Positions 12,581-25,600 are shown, numbered from the stretch's first letter. The stretch is 64,000 bases of DNA from Rhynchobatus australiae (GCA_034780895.1 JAUZTB010000065.1:15489471-15553470), one strand, 5' to 3'. Numbers and translations are program-made. The notes: a model not told the origin generated them from the sequence alone.

Positions 12581-14894
12581 TGCAAGATGAATGGCATTGG
12601 TAGAACACAGATAAAATCTAATCACTCTCCAAAGAAAGTTACCAAATAACATGCTTGGACCTATTGTGATCTGGGCTCATATTCTCAAGACTTGTGCCAT
12701 GCAGATAAAGCACAATGATTTCTCCTTGTAAACCTTTGGTTAAGTTAGGAGAAAGGCAGCCAAGAAAAGAGTGGGATGTTGGCAATCAAGTTGCTGTGTT
12801 TCCATTAGGTTGACTCAAAGGGCATTGGATACTGGGTTAGAAATGTCTCTTAGTAATGCTGAGGGCGTACTTTAAATAATAATTTATAGTGTGAAACATG
12901 TTGGTCTAGGAAATCAGATTCATCGTGCTGTTACTTTGGACTGGAACATAATTGCCATCAATGTTCAGTTAATTTGCACCACTCTGAATATTCAACCCAA
13001 TGCTACTGGTTGGAATCACCCTTGTATATCTGACATAATTTCTATACCAGGTGGACATGGAATAATATCACCCGTTTCCAGAGCATTGCCCAGGCAAAAT
13101 AATACTTCTTGTTCTTCAACCTTCTTGCCCATTTTTAGCCATAAGCACAGGCCTATAAACTCTTGTGCACCCAAAACAGGAATTGGATTGGCCAGTGGCC
13201 ACGGGTGCCTATTCTGTGGCCAGCAGAACAGGGTTCTCAGGGTTCTGTGATTAATGATTGGGGTGGGGGAACCTGGTGAAGGATGACTGGGAAGCAGGAG
13301 AAAGACACATTGGGGTCTGGCGATGGAGGGTTGGGTGGCGATGGGGAAGGAAGTTGATTGTGAGTCATTTCGTGTCCAAGTGATGAATTGTTGGGAACTG
13401 TGGAGGGAGACACTTCAGAGCCCACTGGCAGATGGATTGACTTGGGCAGGGCAGAGAGACTTTGGAGGCTAGTGATGGATGGCCAATGGGGAGACCCAAT
13501 GGGGCCCAATTGTGAATGGTCAGAGAGGAATGTCAGATCAGGGCCCAGAAATGGACAGATAATCATATGGCCACACTTCTGGGACCACAGAATGGGAGAG
13601 AGATCGTGAAGGGGTGGTATGGTGCAGGTATGTACAGAAGGGTGATTCAGTGCTCTACTGAAGAGGTAGCGTGTTGGAGATTGGGAGAATGGGGGCCACA
13701 GTTTGCAAAGTAATTGGGGGACTGGAAATTGTGATTAATACTTTTAACTCTGGAAAAAAATCAGTTTCCAACATGGGGAAAAAAACATGCAAACAAGCTT
13801 GGTAGTTCCAGGCTCAAACAACATTCAGGTGAATCCTGTGATTTTTCTCCTTACTTTTTGGGGGTCAATCCTTCTACCTCTCTGCTTCATCCCCAACTGC
13901 AATGTTACCCCAGCCCCTGAATCCTCAGTCAAGCCCCCAATTTTCCACAGACGAAGGTTGCTGATTTTGACCAGCTACCACCCACATACCTCTCAGAAGG
14001 TCCAAACCACTGGCCGTCTCTTGCTCCCAGAACCCCAGCCCCAGTCCAGTCCAATGCCAGATGTCATATTTGCCTTGTGCATTCCTCAGCATGTGAAGGA
14101 AAGTGTGGTAAGTGGGTGTTGCTGGTAGGGTCTATATTTATTGCTCATTGTTAATTGTCCTTGAGAAGGTGGTTATGAGCTGTCTGTTATTATAGTCCAT
14201 GTGGAGAAAGTAATCCCAAAGTACTGAGAGGATAAAGAGTTTCAAGGCTTTGACACAGTGACTCTGAAGTAATGACAATGTATTTCCTTTGCAACGTTTC
14301 AGTTGCATAACAAGCTACAGAAAAACAAAGATAAACTACCCTAGTGGACATAACATATAAGACAGTTCCCTTTTATATTCAACAATGGAAATTCACACTG
14401 TTAAGTAAAATGGTCTGAAATGTTCAGTTTAATTCAGAAGTGAATGTTCATTTTAATTCAGATGTCGAGTTGGCTTTGAGTGCCAGGTGACTGCAGGAAC
14501 AGCCTTACATTGGTAGATAATCTGGGATAAACCAAAAGCTGGGATCCACTTTCAGCCAACAAGAATGAGGCAGAACTACCCACTGAATTTTTGCTAAATG
14601 CTTATTTACTGAATCAGGCACTTGCATTGCCTGAACTAATTACAGTTGTGGAAGATCATTTGACCCATCTTAATTCAGCAATATATTGAAAAAGGTTCCA
14701 AGCCCTGGTTCATTCTTACATCCAATTATTGTTAAGTAACTCCTGAGTTGCTTTCTTTTCATTATCTAGCTTTGTATTCCACACATTAGTCATAATTAGT
14801 CCAAAAAATTACATCCCAATATCTTCTTTTACTAGTTTGAAGCTCTATTCTTTGAATTGACTCCTTGTTTCAATTTAAAGTAATGTTATTGTTA

Positions 14895-15095
14895 GAAACA
14901 GAAAATGCCAGAAACACTGCTGATCAAACAGCATCTGTGGAGGGAGAGACAGAATAAATATTTCAGGTCAATGACTATTTTTCAGAACCAGTTCTAATGA
15001 AAGGTAATTGAGCTGAAATATTGCAGTCCGACCTGCTGAGTGCTTCTGACATCCTCTATTTTTGTTTCAGATTTCCTGCATCTGCAGTGTTTTAC
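14895..15095. mobile_element. Palindromic Penelope-derived element with two divergent hammerhead-like cores
   Basis: tttcaggtcaatgactatttttcag-aaccagtt-ctaatgaaaggtaattgagctgaaa (14961-15018), flanked by inverted arms. Confidence 0.7.
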
Positions 15096-15889
15096 TGCAA
15101 TATATATTCTGGTTAAATGTTTTCTATTCCTGGAAAAAATTATTATATCAGCTTTTTAGAATCAGATTTCCACATCTCTGGTCTTTCCAGAGAGCCCAGA
15201 ACTCTGATCCTTGCGATTAATCTTGTGGTTCCTCTGTGCACTGCCTCCAGTGTTTGAATGTCTCCTCCGCCCCTCTGTCTCAGTGACCAGAACAAGACCC
15301 AAAGTTCACCACTTGCAATGACCAGAGGAATTTGAACACACGCTCCCAGAATCTGTGCTGCTGGTGATGGCTCTTCGGGTTTTATGCCTTCTGCTAGTCC
15401 CTGAGGCCTATCAGTAAATGTAATTTACACCAGCAATGAAAAAGGAACAGCACCTTCCCAAAAGGGTTAATTAAACTGGCAGCGTGATGGTGACTGGCTA
15501 GAAATTGCTGGTGAATAATGGGGTGTTAAAGGAACCTATTTAGGCCAACAATTTGCAGATTAACATTTCAAGAGGTGAAGACTGGAACCATTAATCTCCT
15601 CTTAACTCATTCATACTGTCAGGCTCTGGGACAAACCCCAGGATTACATACACAGATACTTTTACTTGACTTCACAGCATTTAATTCCTGAAGTCCTGAT
15701 CCTCCAGAGTAGCTAGTACAACCAAACATATATTACACATTAAAACAGACAGAGGTGACGCGAGGAAGTCGGGGGTGGGGGGGTTGGTGGTGGTGGTGGA
15801 GGTGGGGGGAGTGTTTGGGGAAGTGTATACTTTCAATTCCGTAATCCATTACCAGAACACCAACCACCCCTTAATTTTCCAGATGCATT

Positions 15890-16315
15890 AACTGTGGCTC
15901 AATGGGTAGCACACTTGACTCTGAGTCAGAAGGTCATGGGTTCAAGTCCCTCTTCAAAGAGACTTGAGTGTCTAATTGAAGCTGAGGCTCCCAGTGCAGC
16001 ACTGTGGGAACGCAGCAGTATTGGTGTTGCCCTCTTTCAAATGGGATATTAACTAAAGCTCTGCTTCCCCTCTCAAGCGTATGTAGGGTAATCCATGGTG
16101 CTGCATTGAAGAAGAGCAGATGAAATTCACCTCCCATCTGTGCCTTGGCTAAAATTTCTCTCTCAAATAGCAACACAAAAGATAGCTGTGCTTTTTGTGA
16201 GCACCTTCTGTTCACAAATTGATTGCTGTTCTCCCACAACACTGACTACACACAAAAAGCACTTTGATGACTAATAAAGCACTTTGAACACCTCAAGGTT
16301 GGGAAATGCTATTTC
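15890..16315 (+). mobile_element. Near full-length Deu-domain tRNA-derived SINE
   Basis: Pol III A-box tggctcaatggg and B-box ggttcaagtcc, Deu core ccatggtgctgcattgaagaagagcag, and tail gactacac..aaaagcactt...aaagcactttg. Confidence 0.75.
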
Positions 16316-18929
16316 TTAAAATGTTTAGCACAACCACGTGCGCACTGCAATGGGAAGTCAATGAACCTCTCAGTTGTGGTTACCCCCACTATTTTCATTA
16401 AGCTTGAGGCCTAAGATATTTCACAGCCGATGACTTGGGGAGGAAGTGCCAATGATCACAGCTGATGATCAGCCAAGTGTCAGTGGTGGCCATGTTAAGT
16501 GGTGGGGTATGGTTTTGGAGTTTGGAAAATCTTGTGGTTGGGTGTTCAGGAGTAGGGCTGGGAGATTAGAGCATTAGGGGATCAGGGCCCATGGGTGTGA
16601 TGGAGGTGGAAACCAGAAGGATGTAGCTCACCTAACAGGCTGTCAGGTTACAAAGAGCTAGCTGTTCCTTGAATAGCTAGCGATGGAACAACTTTGTCTT
16701 GATTCTCCCACAAGACTCCAAAGGAAACCTTGCATCGTGAATGACATTATTCCATGCACCCCAGTGTAGAAGTCACATCAGGGGTATAAGTGGTGACTCA
16801 TGTTAGAATGGCCTGGTCAAATTTCCAGAGGGGTGCAAAACAATTTCTATTTGCATAATACTGAAAACGTGCGTTATGACGTCATATTTCTCAGTCACTA
16901 TACAAATGCAGGTCTTTCTCTATACACATGAAATTTGCAAATCAAAGGGGGACAATTTATAAGTCACAATAAATTCCCTGACACTATGCTTCCAAATCCA
17001 TAAATCCATATCTATTCTTCAGCAAAACTTTCACCTGTATAACAAAGTCTTTATCCATTAGCACCTCTGCTTACCTCTAATGTGTAGCCATNNNNNNNNN
17101 NNNNNNNNNNNNNNNNNNNNNNNNNNNNNNNNNNNNNNNNNNNNNNNNNNNNNNNNNNNNNNNNNNNNNNNNNNNNNNNNNNNNNNNNNNNNNNNNNNNN
17201 NNNNNNNNNNNNNNNNNNNNNNNNNNNNNNNNNNNNNNNNNNNNNNNNNCCCAAACCCTGTTGCTTCCTACAAGTATCTGAAATCTCTGAGCTCATACGG
17301 TTCCTGGCTTTTAATGTCTCCCCCATTCCCTCTGTCCCATCATTAGCACCCATGCTCTGAAACTTCTTCTTGAAACCTCTTCATCTCTTCAAGATGCTTC
17401 TTCAAACCTTTTACCAAGCCTTTGGTCCTAATGTCTTCTTTAAACTACCCTGGGGCATTTTAGCACATTACAGAAGACTCGTAAATGCAAGTTGTTGTTT
17501 TCATCAATGTACTGAGGCCTGCACACTAGGAGTTCCCAGGTCCAGTTCTGCTCCTTGCTGAGTTAGCGGATATCAGATACTTATGACCAGCTCGAGCATA
17601 GCATTAAAAATCAGCCCAAACTGATCACAAACAACCCACCTCAACCCAAATTTTCCCATTAGACATAACTGAACCTAACCCAACTTGACCACTGCCATAA
17701 GCATCATTGTCCTGAGGATCCCTTGCTAGACACACCACACATGTTCTCTCTAACCAATACTACAAGCAAGGAGAAACACTTACTAGAATGTGGTTAGTGC
17801 ATTTCAGTATGCTGACCTGCCCAGAATCCATGGATATATAATGTTTCTCAGGCCTGGCCCAACCCAAATCCGACACAGATAAATGGGTCCCATTGAGGTC
17901 AGGTCAGTAGCCAGGCTCTACCAGCCAGAGATGCACTTGGAGCTACCTTGGTTGTCTTCACTGCTGGATTGGGAAAGAGGATGGGCTACATGGAATGAAC
18001 AGCTGCATCTCCCAATGCTAATTGCTATTCTGCACGTGCTGCTGGAACAGCAGTGCCCATTATCCACAGGTCATGGCTCACCGTTCTCAGCTAAAAGGAT
18101 CTTGCACTGTAATGGTCAGCTGACTCACCATACACTATATTACTTAAATATACTGCACCATAACGAGCTATTCAGCCCATCAAACCTCCTGTCAGCTATT
18201 TACCACAATTAACCCTATTGGTGTATCATTCACTTCTCCCTCACTTCCTTTTCAAAATGGAAGGACACAGTTCCTGATAACTTACATCAAGGTCACGATG
18301 GACTGGAGCTTTGCATTCTTTCGGGAGAGAAAGAGAGGAAACCAGGAAAGGAGAACAGAAAGAGGAAGAGCTTGGAGAAGCTCTTAATATTTACAAAAAT
18401 AGAAATCAATAAACAAGCCACTTCAACTCAAGTAGGCACTTGAGTTAAGTGGAAGGTCCCTGGAGTGGAGAACAATTTAAAGAGTTAGAACCAGTCTGAG
18501 ACCTTTAGCAAGTATGGAATCCCTGTGTCTAATCTGAATGATCCATTACCTGCGCACAGCTGTTCCCAGCTGCTGAGCCACTGTCTCCTGATCAGAAACA
18601 TAATCAGCCATGAAAGCCTGTAAGTGTCTCTCTGTAGAAAGCTTTCTATATTCCTGTTCCTTCACGGTGCAGTGTATCACAATGTGACACATTGGATTGC
18701 CTCAAGGGAATAGAATAGCATAAAATTCAGTTAGCAATTTGTGTATTACAAATTCCAAGGTAAATAGTGGACACTTATTCATGGATAGCAAACCCTAGGC
18801 GAATGAAGCACAGTACAGCCTGCTCTGAAAATTTAAATCCTTTGCATCTTTTGCTAACTCTTTCACATTCAGACTTTGCACTGTGGTATAAAACAGTGCA
18901 TTCCTTTGCTCCACTACTTCCAGTAATCA

Positions 18930-19290
18930 TGGTATTATTACAACCTCATGCATACATATTGTGCCTTTTACATTGTATAATATCCCAAGGGCTCATACAA
19001 ACAAAGTATAACACTGTGCCAATAGGACTAGTAACCAATAGCTTAGTGAAGGAGATAGGTTTGAAGGCATGTCATAAGGTAGACGGAAATAGAGGAAATG
19101 TGGTTTGGGAAAGGATTATGAGAGGTCAACTGACAAGATGATCACCAATAGTAGAGCCAAGAAACCCATGAGTGCACAAGAAACCAGGACTGAAGGAATA
19201 CAGAAATCTTGAAGCATGATTGGCACAGAGGAAGTTATGAACATAGAGCAGTGTGAGGCCATGGAAGGATTTGTACATGAGGATGAGACC
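18930..19290 (-). mobile_element. Decayed L2-type LINE 3' fragment
   Basis: agtgaaggagataggtttgaagg...gtgtgaggccatggaaggatttgtacatgaggatgag. Confidence 0.5.
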
Positions 19291-20303
19291 AGGAGCCCAG
19301 GTTACACACTCAAGCTCTGGACTCAGGCACTCAGTGGGAGTGCAGGGCCAAATCGGCAGATAAAGTCTCAATTGTGCTTCTAAACATCTCTGCTGTTTAA
19401 TCTTGTTCAGGTTTGGTTACAATTGTGCTGGAACTAGTCTCACAGCACGACCTGATACAACTTCCAGGTCACAGCTAATTCAAGTGAAAATGTTCAGCAA
19501 AATAAATGCAATTCAGCAAAGGCCAGCATCCCTGGAAGACTAGGAATAAATGGTCTTGTACAGTAAATTCACTAGCATGATACCATGGATCTAAGATAAT
19601 GAGGGAGGGGTGCATGGCTTCAAGGAGCAATATTTAGCTTGGAAAGGAATAAAACATTTTCATGTTATTCTGGGATTAGGAATTCTGTGTGATGGGAGTG
19701 GATGGGAAGTGATCTGGCAGATTGGAATTTAATGCTTCGATCGCTCACTTGCCAGGTCAGGTTTATTCTCTGCATTGGGCGTGTTACGGAATAAATGGAC
19801 TCGAGTTCAAAGTGGTTCTTGCACATCAGGATCGCAGACCAGTTTATGATGGGCAGGCTGTGATCCCACAGGTCTTCTGACCGCACCCATTTCACATGCA
19901 TAAAAACAGGTTCTTGGCTTTTAATGTAGTATGCAGGTAAACTGAATATACACTGCCAGCTATACCAGTGAGAAAAGAAAGCTTCCAGGGACCACGCCTG
20001 AAGTACACACTGTTTCAGAGTTAATAGAGTAGCCGGGGGTGGCTGGTCACCCCAGGGCTTAAAATTAATACGAGTGGCACCTTGCGTGCACACACAAATA
20101 CATGCACCTTGAAGTATGTTCCTTGCTGAGTGGTTAGCTTTTTCAGGGCTCATTCAGAAGGTTAAGAATTCATTTCTCACTCTGGAGACTTGAGCCCATA
20201 ATCTTGGCTGGCACTCACAGAGTGGTACTGGCAGAGATACTATCTTTCAGATGAGACGTTGAATGAAGGGGCTATTTGAGGGGGAGCAGGGGAGTTCTAG
20301 CTA

Positions 20304-20440
20304 GTGGAGGCACAAGTAACTGCAGAGGCTGGAACCCGGAGCAACAAATAATCTGCTGGAGGAACTCAGTGGGTCAAGTAGCATCTGTGGGAGGAAAGGA
20401 ATTGTTTTGGGTCAAAAATCCTGCATCAGGACGCTTTATT
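20304..20440 (+). mobile_element. Penelope-derived short element (second subfamily) inserted in a Deu-SINE
   Basis: cacaagtaactgcagaggctggaacccggagcaacaaataatctgctggaggaactcag...ctgcatcaggac, flanked by AGTTCTAGCTA at 20293-20303 and 20441-20451. Confidence 0.65.
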
Positions 20441-22042
20441 AGTTCTAGCTAATATTAGTTCAAGCTAATATTTATTCCACAACTAATTTCACTAAATTAG
20501 ATTGCTCACTCAAAAGCACTACATCAGTAGTTGGTGAGGTGTCCTCCAGCCATGAAATATGTTAAAAAGTTCCAATCTCTGTAAACATGTTATTTCCAAA
20601 CTGCTAGCTGTGTTCTAATGCATTCCAAGTACTGCTCAGCTCTCACTATTGAGTGTTGACTTGTACTGGCTCCTAGTTAAGCAAAGAGCTGATTTAAAGA
20701 TGTTCATTCCTGCCTCAAACTCCCCAAAGTTTCTCTCCTCTCCATCTCTTTGATCTCATCCAGCCCCATAACCCTCCAAGACTATCCTGAATTTTGTTGC
20801 AACACCACTGTAGGTTGTGCCTTCAGTGACCAAGGATCTAATCCATGGAATGTCACCCCCAAATATTTCTGCCTCCCCACCATTCTTTTCTTTTTTTAAG
20901 AGGCTCATTAAAACTTGCCCCTTTGATGAAATCTTTGGTCACCTGCCCAGATATCTCCTTTGGTGACTCAGCACCTGCCTTGTGAGGAACCGAGGGATGT
21001 TTTTGCTGCACAATAAGTGCCTTAATAGTGGAAGTTGTTGAAGTTATTGTTCTTCTACATGCAAATAGTCTTTTTCTAAGACTTGTTTAATGCATGCACT
21101 ACTTCAAATGCTGCAGAGTAAGTTTCATAGCCTCTTTAAGAATGCCACAGTAACGTGTTGACTGGAAAGTGAGGTCACATACTGCAGATTCCAATTGGGA
21201 CTGTGGATTTCTGGAATTCCTGGCTCCTGTCAATTACCTACAAACAAAGACACATTCAGAGAATTTTTTTTCCCAGAAAGATGGGGAGTGGGGATGTTTA
21301 TGTGAAAAACCATCAGGGTCAGAACCTCTGTACTGAACAAGCATGTCAACAGATCACAGTCTCCAGTGGGCTTCATTCTTGTGGCCTTTTGTTTGAACGC
21401 TATCAGAGGGACACAGAAACCTGTCAGACTAACTCTCGACAGAGTGGAGAGGAAATCTCGCTGAACACTATGGACCAAGGATAATCATTCTTAGATTTTT
21501 GGCAACTCTCTGCACTTGTGCTGGAAAGGAAGAAGATAGAAAAAACATACAACACTGCACTGGATAACTAATACTCTTTTTAAAGGAACACCTTCCTTTG
21601 ATTAACTAAGAGCTTTATAGTGAGTGCTAAATCAAAGACTGCATTACAAATACTCTGTGACTTTCCTTCCTTCATTCAATGTCTAAGGAGAATTACACAC
21701 TGCCAACATTGCCATGCAATCGAGCTGTAGAGGAAATGATCAAAAGCCCTTCTGAGAGTCAGAGGCAGTGTCAATGCAACAACCGCCTTCATGGATGTCA
21801 CCAACATTTGAGAAGAGCCAATGGCATGAATAGGACGCTCATCAAGTAGTCAGTTGTATTGTTTCGGGCCAGTTCTCAGCCATTGCCTTTTGACTGATTT
21901 GATGGAAAAGTCTGGTACTAGCCAGACCGCAGAGGACAGATTTAGTAGCTGGACGCTTTCACTCAGTCCATTGAGTTTGTGTACATGGGCAGCTTTTGTC
22001 TAAACCTAAGTGCAAATTTCTTGTTGTTGAAGCAAGTTTGTA

Positions 22043-22240
22043 TTTTGGAGCAACAAACAATCTGCAGCAGGAACTCAGTGAGTCGTGCAGCATCTGTGGG
22101 AGGGAAGAAACTGTTGATTTTTTGGGTCAAAGTCCTGCATCAAGACTTTCCTCCTTTAGATGGTGTTCGACTGGTTGATTTCCTCCAGCATATTGTTAGT
22201 TCCTCCAAGTTCCAGTATCTGCAGTCTCTTGTGTCTCCAA
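22043..22240. mobile_element. Palindromic Penelope-derived element (second subfamily)
   Basis: Inverted arms ggagcaacaaacaatctgcagcaggaactcag / ttcctccagcatattgttagttcctccaagttccagtatctgcagtctcttgtgtctc. Confidence 0.65.
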
Positions 22241-23319
22241 ATCTGTATTGTGCCTGATAAGGAAATCAGACACTAACTAACCAACTAACTTCATGTGAGG
22301 AAAACTCCCAACTTACTCAAGCCCAACAAATGAATGTAGTGATTGGAAACCCAAATTTATCAGGTTTCTGCTTTGTAGCCAAACCAAACCATGCTGCTTT
22401 GCAGCATAAGATTATAGGAGAAATTGTTTGCTGTTGCTTGGCCATCCAGAGTCCTAGAGCGCTCACATCTGCAGTATTATCTGAACCATGTGAACAGGTC
22501 TAGCCTCCAGACCAGCCCTGGATTACTACAACTTTCTCTGAGTTAACAGCTAATTCTTTCTTCGACTAAGAGCTAACTTGCTTCCAAATTCCACTTCAAA
22601 TATATCATATGGTCGGTCTTACATGCTTTCTTATGCTTAAAAGTCACCACTTGCTCATTACAATGTGATAGCTCTTTCAAGGAGCTGGCACCGACACAAT
22701 GGCCTCCTTTTTGATATAAGATTCTGTGACAGCTTGAGCTGTCACAAGGTGCACAGGAGATACCTAGAGTTCCTCATGCACAATGCACCTTGAAATGTGG
22801 GTGTAAATGACACAATCTACAGGAATACAGAACAGGTTTATGTCAAACTCCTCAGAACCTGGCAGAGTTTTGAATATAAGAAAACACTGGGACTAACTTT
22901 CACTTCTGTAGAATGGTGACTGACGTGGTATTGCATTCACATAGGGTGGAGGTGTGACAAACATTTGTTGCACGGTGTGCTAATAACTGGCAATGTCTGT
23001 GAAAGGCCCTTAACACTTTCCTTCATGTGCTGCACCTTTGCAGAGTGCACAAGGCAACATCTTAAATCAGTCCAGGAATGGGACAGGTTACAGTGGGGGT
23101 GGGGGGGGAGGTTTTGTGGGTTGGTGATTGAGGATCAGGAGTTAGAAGTCTATTTAGGCTTGGGATAGATGTGGGGGGAGATGAATATATCAGAGAACTG
23201 ATCATGCTTTGAAATGTTAAGGATGAGTTTTGGAAGTCTAATTGAGACCTGAGAAGGGTAGGTGGTGTCAGCAATCAACCAGGACCTGTGGGCAAGGAAT
23301 TCTGAATGGAGCTTGGGCA

Positions 23320-23972
23320 AGAATGGGATGTTAGCTTTCATATGTCGTGGGATCGAGTTTAAGAGCCACGAAGTAATAATGCAGCTTTACAAAGCTCTGA
23401 TTAGATCACACTTGGAGTACTGTGTCCAGTTCTGGTCGCCTCATTATAGGAAGGATGCGGAGCCGTTGGAAAGGGTGCAGAGGAGATTTACCAGGATGCT
23501 GCCTGGATTAGAGAGTATGGATTATGAGGAGAGACTAAAGNNNNNNNNNNNNNNNNNNNNNNNNNNNNNNNNNNNNNNNNNNNNNNNNNNNNNNNNNNNN
23601 NNNNNNNNNNNNNNNNNNNNNNNNNNNNNNNNNNNNNNNNAGGAATAGATAGAGTGGACAGCCAGCGCCTCTTTCCCAGGGCACCAATGCTCAATACAAG
23701 AGGGCATGGCTTTAAAGGTAATGGGTGGGAAGTTCAAGGGAAATGTCAGAGGGATGTTTTTCACCCAGAGAGTGGTTGGTGCATGGAATGCACTGCCTGG
23801 GGTGGTGGTGGTGGCAGATAGATTGGTCAAGTTCAAGAAATTGTTAGATAAGCATATGGAGGAATTTAAGATAGAGGGATAAGTGGGAGGAAGGGGTTAG
23901 ATATCTTAAATGTGGTTTGAAGGTCAGCACAACATGGTGGGCAGAAGGGCCTGTATTGTTCTATGGTTCTAT
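23320..23972 (+). mobile_element. Young 5'-truncated CR1/HER1 LINE (with N gap)
   Basis: ORF GMLAFICRGIEFKSHEVIMQLYKALIRSHLEYCVQFWSPHYRKD...VQRRFTRMLPGL is the CR1 ORF2 C-terminus. Tail ttctatggttctat. Confidence 0.92.
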
Positions 23973-24567
23973 TACGAATCAAGGGGAAAAGAGAATTGGT
24001 GATTATGGGACAGAAGTCTGCTCAAGGCCTGAGGACTGAGTAAGGGCAAGGGGGAAAGGCTAATCAGTGTTAGTAGTATCGTGGATCATGGTTGTGGGGG
24101 CAGGAGATAGAAGATGGCATAGGGCCTGATCATATTGGATAATCAATAGATGGGGATGTCAGCTGAGGGTTGTCATCCAGTTGGGGGTTGGTGAATACAG
24201 TACAGAAGGAGAACACATAAGAATTAGAACAAAGGAGACCCACTTGAGTTCGGTTGCCAGTGCAGGACTGGGACCTGCTCAGAGAGGCCTCCTTTAAATT
24301 GTTCTAGGATAATGACAACCTATAGTTGTTCAGGGGATGCCCAATGACAAGTGTACTTCAGAACAACGTGACCTAATTTCAATGCTGTTGCTGTAAAGGA
24401 ACCTTAGACTGGGGGTGATGTCATGTTATCTGGGGCTAACGTGAAAATCTCATCATTGGCACAAACAAGATTTGTGACTGCAAGTGATTGGCTAAATTTG
24501 CCACCTGGTGCAAAACTACCCAGAAGCTATTACAGTTCTTTCCAGCCTGGAAGTAACTGGATTTCAT

Positions 24568-25108
24568 TTGCATAATTGTGTTCAGTTCTGGTCGCCTCAT
24601 TATAGAAAGGATGTGGAAGCTTTAGAGGGGGTGCAGAGAAGATTTACCAGAATGTTGCCTGGATTGGAGAGCATGTCTTATGAGGATAGGTTGAGTGAGC
24701 TAGGCCTTTTCTCTTTGGAGAGGAGGAGGATGAGAGGTGACTTGATAGAGATGTACAAGATGATAAGAGGCATTGATCAAGTGGACAGTCAGAGACTTTT
24801 TCCCAGGGCGACAATGGCTAACACAAGGGGACATAATTTTAAGGTGATTGGNNNNNNNNNNNNNNNNNNNNNNNNNNNNNNNNNNNNNNNNNNNNNNNNN
24901 NNNNNNNNNNNNNNNNNNNNNNNNNNNNNNNNNNNNNNNNNNNNNNNNNNNNNNNNNNNNNNNNNNNNNNNNNNNNNNNNNNNNNNNNNATGTGGGGGGG
25001 GGGTGGGGAGAAAGATTAGAAAGATCTTAGAGCAGAATAAAATGTAAGCACAACATTGTGGGCCGAAGGGCCTGTACTGTGCTGTGGTTTTCTATGTTCT
25101 ATGCTCTA
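24568..25108 (+). mobile_element. Young 5'-truncated CR1/HER1 LINE (with N gap)
   Basis: CVQFWSPHYRKDVEALEGVQRRFTRMLPGLESMSYEDRLSELGLFSLERRRMRGDLIE...TRGH. Tail gggccgaagggcctgtactgtgctgt..ttctatgttctatg. Confidence 0.93.
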
Positions 25109-25384
25109 TAATGCTGTCAAACCAGCAACTGAATAATTAGGTCAATGACTCTGGTGGAAGTAAAAGTGGGCAGTTATAAAATAAATGGTCTTTCACTATC
25201 ACCAAGTTTACTCTATTTCACTGTCAACATTATTCCTTTAGTGGGCGAATAGCCTGTTTTGCCGATTAGGGCCCAGGTAGTTCACACTTAATTTCTGTAT
25301 GAATACACCCCTTTTCCAGAGGCAATTAATCAGAAGAAAATATTCATCCTTCTTCACTAGAGGTGAACAGAGGATGGTTTATCC

Positions 25385-25600
25385 CACAGCTGATTGTGCT
25401 CTACTTGACCTGGGAGAGTTTGATGCAGCAGTGTAGCAGAAGTGTTTGGTAGGACAGAGTTGCAAGAATTTTACCCTGTGTCTAACCAATGCTACCGCTG
25501 TCCTGGATGTGTTTAACAGGACAGTTTAGAGGAAAATTGACTCCACATCAGACTCATTCTGGGGAGTGCTTGATGGGACAACGTGGGGGCTGCAGTTCCA
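25385..25600 (+). repeat. Decayed tandem repeat (ctgggagtgtttgatgggacagtgtagag unit)
   Basis: Three degenerate units here and another at about 25920-25995. Confidence 0.55.

Noticed and set aside
15770-15822. G-rich/(GGT)n tract with G-quadruplex potential (also 1083-1120)
   Set aside because: Common low-complexity sequence with no positional evidence of function.
15890-15960. tRNA-like sequence with A and B boxes
   Set aside because: It is the head of a Deu-SINE and I could not fold a complete cloverleaf.
19665-20153. 162-aa ORF
   Set aside because: No recognisable domain or FOXP similarity; it begins in a SINE head.
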